Shown: positions 45,769 to 54,264 of the stretch, one piece after another
Numbering within the stretch: the first letter of the stretch is position 1
How the letters are laid out: each line of letters opens with the position of its first letter
DNA from: Bacteroidales bacterium
GTDB taxonomy: Bacteria; Bacteroidota; Bacteroidia; Bacteroidales; JAAYJT01
DNA: 64,000 nucleotides
Assembly: GCA_049654165.1 (NCBI GenBank)
Contig: JBASHR010000091.1
Location: 9,524-73,523 of the forward strand
Reading direction: 5' to 3'
Translations under genes and position numbers: made by a program
The notes under the pieces: model-generated
Seen by the model: only the letters and a program-made list of their open reading frames with translations
Database searches by the model: none
What the model was told of the DNA's origin: nothing

Positions 45769-47748
45769 ATGAAGTCAGGGATCAGTTATTTAGTTTACCT
45801 GTTGAGCTGCATTATTATTGCATTGATGTCGTGTAATGACAAGAATGACACTCCGGCTCAAACATTACAACTAATCAGGGTTAAAGCTGATGATATAATT
45901 TTATCGAACACCCAATTGATCTCCGATATTCCTGTTAACAGTTCATTTTTTATTGAATTTACAAACGCTGTTGACACCACTTCCGCGAAAAAAAATATTT
46001 TTCTTGTCAGTACTAAGAATAACGATAAGGTTTCTTGTGACTTTGAGTTTTCAAACGAAAATAAAACCATTATTCTAACTCCCTTAAATCCATTAATTAA
46101 TGAATCAGACTATTCACTTGAGATAACCCGGGAGCTTAAAGGTTCGAAAAAAGAGAGCTTTGCCGGAATAAAATTTGAATTTAAAACTGAACCCGGAATT
46201 TTGAAGCTGGTTTCAGCCTCACTTAATGGTACAGCTTTGAGTTCGAATATGCATTTAAGAAATATTTCATACAACAATATTGAGCTTATCATTAACTTTT
46301 CTCATAGCCTTGATCCTAACCAATTTAAGAATGCTTTTTCATTTTATCCTCCTTTGAATTTTGATGCAACCCTCTCAGCCGATGGCACAACAGTAACTAT
46401 AACAAACAATGAAGACCTGGATTATTATTCAAAATACTCTTTTTATATATCACCCGATCTTGTTGCGGAAAATGGCTTCTCATTTAAAGGTTTCCTTACA
46501 TATTTTTATACCGGTCTAAACCCTTCAGTAAAAATGCCTCAGTTGAGCGATGAAGAATTGTTAACACTGGTTCAGCAGCAAACCTTCAGATACTTTTGGG
46601 ACTTTGCTCATCCTGTCAGTGGTCTGGCACGTGAACGCAATTCTTCAGGTGAAACAGTCACTACCGGAGGTAGTGGATTTGGAATGATGGCAATTATTAC
46701 AGGAATTGAAAGGAATTTTATAACACGAAATCAGGGAGTAGAAAGATTACATAAAATCATTAATTTTTTAACTAATGCTGACCGTTTTCATGGTGTCTGG
46801 CCCCACTGGTTAAATGGGTCAACCGGAAAAGTAATTCCATTCAGCACTAAAGATAATGGCGGCGACCTTGTTGAAACCTCATTTCTGGCTGCAGGACTTA
46901 TCACTGTCAGGCAATATCTGAACCCCGCTGATGATTCAGAAGAAGCTCTTATTACCGGAATAAATAATTTGCTGAACACTATTGAGTGGTCGTGGTACAC
47001 ACGTGGCGGACAAGAAGTGCTTTACTGGCACTGGTCGCCAAATTATGGCTGGGAGATGAATATGCAGATCAAAGGCTATAACGAAGCTCTTATAACATAT
47101 TTTCTGGCTGCCTCTTCTGATGCGTTTCCGGTTGATGCTCAGGTTTACCATAAGGGATGGGCTGGTTCTTCCTATTTTGTCAATGGTAAGTCGTTCTATG
47201 GCATTCAGTTGCCACTTGGGTTTGATTATGGAGGACCTCTTTTCTTTGCTCACTATTCTTTTCTTGGTTTAAATCCAGTAAATCTTACCGACCAGTATGC
47301 CAGTTACTGGATTCAGAATGTAAGCCATACATTGATCAACATGCAGCATTGTATTGTGAACCAGAAGAATTACACAGGCTACAGTGTCAATTGCTGGGGG
47401 CTGACAGCAAGCGATGACCCTGCCGGCTATAAGGTTCACGAACCAACAAGAGACAATGGTACTATCACTCCTTCGGCTGCGATTTCGTCCATGCCTTTCA
47501 CTCCCGAAGAATCTATTAAGGCATTAAAGCATTTTTATTATGTTTTGGGTGATAAATTATGGGGGCCTTATGGCTTTTACGATGCTTTTAATCCGCATGA
47601 AGGCTGGTGGGCTAACTCATATATTGCAATTGATCAGGGACCTGTTATTGTAATGATAGAGAATTATCGAAGTACCTTATGCTGGAACCTCTTTATGTCG
47701 GCTCCCGAAGTTCAGCAGGCAATGATAAAACTTGGCTTCTCAAATTGA
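45769..47748 (+). CDS. Lipoprotein with two N-terminal Ig-like domains and a GH144-like (PF10091 'glucoamylase-like', (alpha/alpha)6) domain; putative beta-1,2-glucanase
   Basis: Lipobox 'ALMSC'. The catalytic part 'QQTFRYFWDFAHPVSGLARERN...GFGMMAIITGIERNFI...RFHGVWPHWLNG' resembles the Bacteroidota glucoamylase-like family that includes GH144. The ATG at 45769 is preferred over the GTG at 45763. Confidence 0.65.
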   Translation: MKSGISYLVYLLSCIIIALMSCNDKNDTPAQTLQLIRVKADDIILSNTQLISDIPVNSSFFIEFTNAVDTTSAKKNIFLVSTKNNDKVSCDFEFSNENKTIILTPLNPLINESDYSLEITRELKGSKKESFAGIKFEFKTEPGILKLVSASLNGTALSSNMHLRNISYNNIELIINFSHSLDPNQFKNAFSFYPPLNFDATLSADGTTVTITNNEDLDYYSKYSFYISPDLVAENGFSFKGFLTYFYTGLNPSVKMPQLSDEELLTLVQQQTFRYFWDFAHPVSGLARERNSSGETVTTGGSGFGMMAIITGIERNFITRNQGVERLHKIINFLTNADRFHGVWPHWLNGSTGKVIPFSTKDNGGDLVETSFLAAGLITVRQYLNPADDSEEALITGINNLLNTIEWSWYTRGGQEVLYWHWSPNYGWEMNMQIKGYNEALITYFLAASSDAFPVDAQVYHKGWAGSSYFVNGKSFYGIQLPLGFDYGGPLFFAHYSFLGLNPVNLTDQYASYWIQNVSHTLINMQHCIVNQKNYTGYSVNCWGLTASDDPAGYKVHEPTRDNGTITPSAAISSMPFTPEESIKALKHFYYVLGDKLWGPYGFYDAFNPHEGWWANSYIAIDQGPVIVMIENYRSTLCWNLFMSAPEVQQAMIKLGFSN

Positions 47749-47833
47749 TAGTTTTCTGATTTATGAAATAAATAAAGTGATTTTAATGATTTGTCAGAAT
47801 AAGAATAAACCATTTCAAAATATTTTTAACAAT

Positions 47834-49222
47834 ATGAGGATCAGTACATTATTTCTCTTTTTTCTAACCCTTTTAATATCTTGCGGACAACCGGAAAAAC
47901 AGATTTACAAATCTCATGGAAAGGTTGATTATCCTTTATCACTCGAAGATGAACTTATGATTGACACTATCCAAAAAAAGACTTTTCAGTTTTTTGTTAA
48001 CGAGCATCATCCGGAGTGGGGAATTGTAAAAGACCGTGCTTCTGAATGGGCCCCATCAAGTATTGCTTCTACAGGCTTTGCAATTCCGGTTTTTGCTGTG
48101 GGAATAGAAAGAAACTGGATAGCACGCGAAGACGCAGCAAAAATTGTGATGAATATTCTGGAATTCTTTTACAATGCACCTCAGAGTGCTGACACTAATG
48201 CTGCCGGATATAAAGGATTTTTTTATCATTTTCTTAGAATGAATTCCGGTACCCGGGAATGGAAGTGTGAGCTTTCGTCAATTGACACTGGTATTTTGAT
48301 GATGGGGATCATTTTCGCACGAAACTATTTCAACATTGATAATATAACAGAAACGCAAATACGCCTGTATGCTGATAAATTGCTTGAAAGGATGGACTGG
48401 AGTATTTTCAGCATGCCTGCCGAAAGCCGTCATCCTTACACTATATCAATGGGCTGGTCGCCGGAAGAAGGCAGGACTGACTGGGGTTGGTATGGCTATA
48501 ATGAGGGGCTTTTTCTTTACACTCTCGCCGCCGGTACTGGAATGGAAGATATAGAAAGAAGTTATAACGCATGGTTAAGCACATACAAATGGCAAACTCC
48601 GTACGAAGGTTATTCACATGTGGTTTTCCCGCCTTTGTTTGGTCATCAGTTTTCTCATGCATTTATTGACTATCGTGGTTTGGTTGATTCCTATATGAAA
48701 GAAAAAGGTATTGATTATTTTGAAAATTCCAGGCGTGCCACTTATGTACAAAGGTTGTATGCCATGGATAATCCTTATGGATGGAAGGGTTATGACTCAC
48801 TGTGCTGGGGTATAACAGCCAGTGACGGTCCTACTGAGAAATACAATGCCAATGGAAGAGAATTTCTGGGATATGCAGGAAGAGGAACCAGCGGGCCTGA
48901 TTTTAATTATTTCGATGACGGCACCATTGCACCCTATGCCTCTTTATCATCTCTTCCTTTTGCGCCTGAAATCGTTTTACCAACCATTAAAACAATAAAC
49001 GAAAGATATGGTTCCAAAATATGGGGTAAATATGGGTATTATGATGCATTTAACCCCACAGCTAACTGGGTAAACAACGATTTTCTGGGAATTGCCGAGG
49101 GACCAATGATAATTATGATCGAGAACTTCAGAACCGGACTGGTTTGGGACTATGTAATGAAGGATAGGATTATTCAGAATGGGTTGAAAAAACTTGGTTA
49201 TGAGTATATGACACAGAAATAA
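47834..49222 (+). CDS. GH144-like (alpha/alpha)6 lipoprotein, paralogue of the previous gene
   Basis: Lipobox 'LLISC' after the ATG at 47834. 'QKKTFQFFVNEHHPEWGIVKDRAS...STGFAIPVFAVGIERNWI' aligns with the upstream paralogue, as does the shared C-terminal 'GPMIIMIENFRTGLVW' versus 'GPVIVMIENYRSTLCW'. Confidence 0.65.
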   Translation: MRISTLFLFFLTLLISCGQPEKQIYKSHGKVDYPLSLEDELMIDTIQKKTFQFFVNEHHPEWGIVKDRASEWAPSSIASTGFAIPVFAVGIERNWIAREDAAKIVMNILEFFYNAPQSADTNAAGYKGFFYHFLRMNSGTREWKCELSSIDTGILMMGIIFARNYFNIDNITETQIRLYADKLLERMDWSIFSMPAESRHPYTISMGWSPEEGRTDWGWYGYNEGLFLYTLAAGTGMEDIERSYNAWLSTYKWQTPYEGYSHVVFPPLFGHQFSHAFIDYRGLVDSYMKEKGIDYFENSRRATYVQRLYAMDNPYGWKGYDSLCWGITASDGPTEKYNANGREFLGYAGRGTSGPDFNYFDDGTIAPYASLSSLPFAPEIVLPTIKTINERYGSKIWGKYGYYDAFNPTANWVNNDFLGIAEGPMIIMIENFRTGLVWDYVMKDRIIQNGLKKLGYEYMTQK

Positions 49223-49248
49223 ACTGGAAATACAAAATATTGGTCTTC

Positions 49249-52200
49249 ATGAAAAGATACTACTCAAGGTTTATTGCATTATTCCTGCTCTTGCTGATAT
49301 CCCGGTTTTTGTTTTCTCAGATCATTATTCTTGATGAATTTGAAAGCACTGAAGGATGGAATTTTATTAAATCTGATGGTGTTGAGCTTAAGCTTGACAC
49401 TGAGCAGGGATTAACCGGAAAAGCCATCCGTTTTGATTATGATTTTACTAAAGGTACCGGTTATGGAGGGGTTCAGAAATTTTTTCCGATTGATCTTCCT
49501 GAGAATTATGAATTTACTTTTTACCTGAAAGCCCAATCGCCTGATAATAATTTTGAAGTCAAGTTTATTGACGAATCCGGAGATAATGTCTGGTGGGTGA
49601 ATAACCGCAATTATAGATTTCCTAAAGAATGGAAGAAAATCCGTATTAAAGAACGCCATATTGATTTTGCATGGGGTCCTGCAAGCGACAGAAACCTGAA
49701 GCGTATTGACCGGATTGAATTTACAATTGCTTCCTTTGTTGGCGGCAAAGGTACTATCTGGCTTGATGACCTGAAGTTTGAACCACTTCCTGCGGAGATA
49801 AAGTCATATCCGCTACCATCCGTAAGTACTTCATCGGTTCTGAAAAAGAATACAGCAGATAATATGCTGGACGGGTTAGCAGAGACATATTGGTTTAGCA
49901 AAGGTTCGGGTGATCAAACTGTGAATATTGATTTTAAATTGAGTCGTGAATTCGGTGGCTTGCAGATAAGATGGCTGGAAGGTCATTTTGCAAAGGATTT
50001 TGATGTATTTCTCACAGGTGATGCAAAGGATTGGGAGAAAGCCTATTCGGTCAGAAACAACCAGACAGATGTTAGTTTTATTCGTTTGCCTGAGGCTCAG
50101 GCACGATTTTTACGCCTTGAACTAAAAAATTCATCTTCACCAAAAGGATACGGAATCAGAGAAATTGAATTTCTTGAAGTACAGGAATCCCTTTCTCCCA
50201 ATGATTTTTTCAGATATGTTGCCAAAAATTCCACGCAAGGGTATTATCCCCGGTATTTTACTGAACAGGCTTCGTACTGGACTATCAGCGGAGTGAATAA
50301 TGATGTAAGGGAAGCTTTGATAAACGAAGATGGTATGATAGAAGCTGACAAGGCTTCTTTTTCAATTGAACCCATGATCAGGGTAAATAACAGACTTTAT
50401 AACTGGAATAACGTTCAGGCGTCGCAATCACTTGGTTTTGACGGAAGCTACAAAAACTTTACTTTTCAGCCTACAGTTCAGTGGTTGTGCGAAGGTATAA
50501 AGCTCTATGTTTCTGTTGCTTCAATAGGCGAGGCAAATAAGAACTCAATGCTGGATATACGTTATACACTTGAAAATCTGAACACGGAACCAACTGGATT
50601 TGATTTGTTTTTGATGATACGCCCTTTTCAGGTCAATCCCTATTACCAGTTTCTGAATTTGCCGGGCGGAGTGGGTAAGATCAGTAGTATCAGCGAATAT
50701 AACGGAGTAATAACAGTAAATGATAAAGTTATAATCCCACAGCGAAAATATGATGCTTTTGGAGCTGTAAATTTCAATAATGGAAATATCGCTGATCTGC
50801 TTTCAAAAGGTATAATGCCGGATAAAACCAGTGTTACAGATGAGCACGGACTTGCCAGCGGAGTGATAAAATATTCTTTTAATCTGAATCCAGGCGGGAT
50901 TACAGAGTTTTATATGCTTGTGCCATTTTATGAAACAGCTTTTATTGATCAGAATTCAGACCCTGATGCTGTGAGTGTAGAATTTGACAAATCAGCAAAT
51001 TTCTGGAGGTCAAAAGTTGATAAAATCAGGTTTAATCTTCCGTCTTCGGCTGACAGAATCATAAACACATATAAAGCCAACCTTATCTACATACTTATTA
51101 ATCGCGATTTAGCTGGCATTCAGCCGGGTTCGCGTTCGTATGAAAGAAGTTGGATACGCGATGGTTCATTAACATCTTCAGCATTGTTGAAATCCGGAAT
51201 TATTGATGAAGTAAGAGATTTTATTAACTGGTATGCGCCACATCAGTACGAGAACGGAAAGGTGCCCTGTGTGGTTGATTTCCGTGGCCCCGACCCTGTA
51301 CCGGAAAACGACAGTCATGGTCAACTGATATATCTGATACGCGAATATTTCAATTTTACAAAAGACACTGCTTTTTTGCGTTCGAAAAACAAACATGTGC
51401 TAATGGCTGCAGATTACATAGCATCGCTTGTTGCAGAACGTTCAATTGATCATTTTAAATATGGTAACGATAGCGTAAGGGCATATTATGGCCTGGTTCC
51501 GGAATCTATCAGTCATGAAGGCTATTCAGAGAAGCCAATGCACTCATACTGGGATAATTTCTTTACAATAAAAGGTTTGAAGGATGCTGCAGAAATTCAA
51601 AAGATACTTGGCGAAACCGAAAATTATGAGCGGATAAAAATGCTGAAAGACACTTTTGAAGTGAATCTTTACAACTCAATAAGGGCTGCAATGAAAATAA
51701 GGGGCATTGATTATATTCCGGGTTGTGTGGAACTTGGTGATTTTGATGCCACCTCAACAACTGTGGCACTTACCCCATGCAATGAACTGAAAAACCTTCC
51801 GAAGCCTCAGATTTACAATACTTTTGATAAATATTACGAATATTTCAGGGATAGGAGGGATAATAAAATAGAATGGAGAGATTATACACCTTATGAAAAC
51901 CGTTTGATCGGGTCTTTTATCATACTTGATCAGCCCGACAGGGCGCATGAGCTATTGGAATTTCTGCTTGATGATCAGAGGCCTCAGGGATGGTATCACT
52001 GGGCTGAGATTGTATGGAAAGATTACCGTGTGCCCCGGTTTATTGGCGATATGCCTCATACCTGGATAGGCAGCGATTTCATTAATGCTTTTCGGACAAT
52101 GTTTGTTTATGAAAACGAATATGATCAGTCCCTTGTATTAGCTCCGGCACTTTATCAGGATTGGATTGACTCACCTGAAGGTATGTCAGTGGAAGATCTT

Positions 52201-52428
52201 CCTACTTATTTCGGAGATATATCCTATTCAATCAAAAAAGAATACAATTTCTATCGTTTTTTAGTTACCGGTGACGTTAAATTGCCTGCTAACGGTATCA
52301 AGATTAAGAATTTCAACCGTTCAAAACTGCCATCAAGAGTTATTATTAACGGCAAAGAAACCGGGTATTTCACCAATAACGAGATCATTGTCAAAGAAAT
52401 CCCTGCCGAATTACTGATTTATTACTAA
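49249..52428 (+). CDS. Secreted multidomain protein: CBM-like domain, F5/8 type C (discoidin) domain and C-terminal GH15-like (alpha/alpha)6 region; putative glycoside hydrolase of unknown specificity
   Basis: Signal peptide after the ATG at 49249. Discoidin block 'DGLAETYWFS...GIREIEFLE'. 'ERSWIRDGSLTSSALL' resembles the GH15 'WxRD' region. Confidence 0.55.
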   Translation: MKRYYSRFIALFLLLLISRFLFSQIIILDEFESTEGWNFIKSDGVELKLDTEQGLTGKAIRFDYDFTKGTGYGGVQKFFPIDLPENYEFTFYLKAQSPDNNFEVKFIDESGDNVWWVNNRNYRFPKEWKKIRIKERHIDFAWGPASDRNLKRIDRIEFTIASFVGGKGTIWLDDLKFEPLPAEIKSYPLPSVSTSSVLKKNTADNMLDGLAETYWFSKGSGDQTVNIDFKLSREFGGLQIRWLEGHFAKDFDVFLTGDAKDWEKAYSVRNNQTDVSFIRLPEAQARFLRLELKNSSSPKGYGIREIEFLEVQESLSPNDFFRYVAKNSTQGYYPRYFTEQASYWTISGVNNDVREALINEDGMIEADKASFSIEPMIRVNNRLYNWNNVQASQSLGFDGSYKNFTFQPTVQWLCEGIKLYVSVASIGEANKNSMLDIRYTLENLNTEPTGFDLFLMIRPFQVNPYYQFLNLPGGVGKISSISEYNGVITVNDKVIIPQRKYDAFGAVNFNNGNIADLLSKGIMPDKTSVTDEHGLASGVIKYSFNLNPGGITEFYMLVPFYETAFIDQNSDPDAVSVEFDKSANFWRSKVDKIRFNLPSSADRIINTYKANLIYILINRDLAGIQPGSRSYERSWIRDGSLTSSALLKSGIIDEVRDFINWYAPHQYENGKVPCVVDFRGPDPVPENDSHGQLIYLIREYFNFTKDTAFLRSKNKHVLMAADYIASLVAERSIDHFKYGNDSVRAYYGLVPESISHEGYSEKPMHSYWDNFFTIKGLKDAAEIQKILGETENYERIKMLKDTFEVNLYNSIRAAMKIRGIDYIPGCVELGDFDATSTTVALTPCNELKNLPKPQIYNTFDKYYEYFRDRRDNKIEWRDYTPYENRLIGSFIILDQPDRAHELLEFLLDDQRPQGWYHWAEIVWKDYRVPRFIGDMPHTWIGSDFINAFRTMFVYENEYDQSLVLAPALYQDWIDSPEGMSVEDLPTYFGDISYSIKKEYNFYRFLVTGDVKLPANGIKIKNFNRSKLPSRVIINGKETGYFTNNEIIVKEIPAELLIYY

Positions 52429-52444
52429 GAAAACAACTTCATTT

Positions 52445-54253
52445 ATGAGTGAATCTAAACTAAAATTGAATAATACCGGGTCGGAAGACCGGATAAGGTT
52501 TTCGCAGTTAGCAGCTTATGGTGCCGGTGGTATTATTCCAATTGCACTTTTTAATATTGCCGGCATTCTTGTTGGGTTGATGGGAAATATCAGCCTTGGG
52601 CTGAGTGCTTTCTGGCTGGGGGTGATTTTAATAATTCCCCGCCTTTGGGATGCAGTTTCTGACCCTATTATTGGTCATCTTTCTGACAATACCAGAACCC
52701 GATGGGGGAGAAGACGTCCTTACCTGCTTATTGGAGGCATCCTGGTAGCCATAACTTTTGTGATATTATGGTGGATACCAAAAGGCGATCTGGTTCGCTC
52801 ATGGTTCCCTTCTGAAACTCAGTTTCAGGCATTTCAGTTGGTTTACATCCTTGTGGCATTACTGCTTTTTTATACTTCAACAACAATTTTTGAGATACCT
52901 CATGGTGCTTTGGGTATGGAAATGACTACCGATTACCATGAGCGCACACGACTGTTCAGCGCTAAGAGTTTTGTCGGAAACCTCTTTGCAATGAGCACTC
53001 CATGGCTTTTCTGGCTTGCAAACCGTGAGTTTTTCAGAGGCACCGGAGGTAATGAAGCTGACGGGATGCGTTATGTGTCACTACTTATTGCAGCCTTTTT
53101 AATACCATTATCATTCTGGTGGAGTATAAAACTTCGCGAGCCTGAATTTGCAAGGGTTTCAAAGCAGGAAAAATCTCCTTTTTGGAAAGATATGAAGCAT
53201 GCTGCCTCGAACAGGAATTTCATAATGCTCACCCTTACCATTTTCACTCTTGCCATGGGTTTTAATTTTGTGAACCTTCTGGGATCCTATATCCCTATTT
53301 TTTATGTTTTTGGCGGGAATAAAATGGAAGGGGCCTATTTGCTAGGCATTAACGGAACTATTTGGGCTATTACTGGGGTGCTTGCTGTTTTCCCGCTTAA
53401 CTGGATAAGCCCCAAACTTGGCAAACGCTCAACTCTGATTCTTGCTATTGCATTGATGGTTCTGGCGCAGTTATCTAAAATAGTTTGTTATAATCCTGAT
53501 TATCCCTATCTGATAATTATACCTACTATCCTGCTGTCGTCAGGGATGTTGTTTTTCTTCACTCTTGGCTCATCAATGGTTGGCGATATATGCGATGAAG
53601 ATGATCTGAAAACTGGTCAGCGTACCGAAGGTAGTTTTTATTCGATTTTCTGGTGGTTCATAAAAATGGGAACCGCTCTTGCAAGCTTTGTGGCCGGCGC
53701 TTTGATTGTTTTAACAATGTTCGATCAAACTCAGGTTACAAAAGTGGATTCGCTTCAGGGCAGCATCAGGGAATTGCGAAGCGAAATTCAGGTCAATAAT
53801 GAAAATGTAGCTGCGAATTCAACTGTTGACAGCCTTTTGGCAAAATCATTGTTGCGTTGTGAAGAGCTCGAGAGTCATCTGGAAACCAAAGCTGCAAACG
53901 TAAAACACAGCCATGATCATTATCAGTTTTTATTGAAATCAGTAGCGGAAGTCAGGGAGGAAATAATCGCCCTTGACCCGGACTTACCTGATGAATTATT
54001 TGAAACCGAACTTAATACTATTGAAGAAAAGATAACTGTTTTAACAAAACAATCGCCTTATACATTACTGATGATGAGGATAGTGGAGATTGGACTTCCG
54101 TTACTTCTAAGCATATTTTCAGTCTATTTTATTTTGCGTTACACCCTCACTGAGAAACGAAGTCATGAGATAAAGGAATTACTGAAACTTAGAAATATCA
54201 GTAACGGGGTCACTGATGAAAATGAGGTGCTCAACCTGAAATATGATGAATAA
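52445..54253 (+). CDS. GPH-family (MelB-like) glycoside:cation symporter with a large insertion before the last TM helix
   Basis: 'DPIIGHLSDNTRTRWGRRRPYLL' GPH signature. About 115 polar, helical residues (aa ~426-540) lie between the penultimate and last hydrophobic segments. Confidence 0.8.
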   Translation: MSESKLKLNNTGSEDRIRFSQLAAYGAGGIIPIALFNIAGILVGLMGNISLGLSAFWLGVILIIPRLWDAVSDPIIGHLSDNTRTRWGRRRPYLLIGGILVAITFVILWWIPKGDLVRSWFPSETQFQAFQLVYILVALLLFYTSTTIFEIPHGALGMEMTTDYHERTRLFSAKSFVGNLFAMSTPWLFWLANREFFRGTGGNEADGMRYVSLLIAAFLIPLSFWWSIKLREPEFARVSKQEKSPFWKDMKHAASNRNFIMLTLTIFTLAMGFNFVNLLGSYIPIFYVFGGNKMEGAYLLGINGTIWAITGVLAVFPLNWISPKLGKRSTLILAIALMVLAQLSKIVCYNPDYPYLIIIPTILLSSGMLFFFTLGSSMVGDICDEDDLKTGQRTEGSFYSIFWWFIKMGTALASFVAGALIVLTMFDQTQVTKVDSLQGSIRELRSEIQVNNENVAANSTVDSLLAKSLLRCEELESHLETKAANVKHSHDHYQFLLKSVAEVREEIIALDPDLPDELFETELNTIEEKITVLTKQSPYTLLMMRIVEIGLPLLLSIFSVYFILRYTLTEKRSHEIKELLKLRNISNGVTDENEVLNLKYDE

Positions 54254-54264
54254 ACAACAAAACG

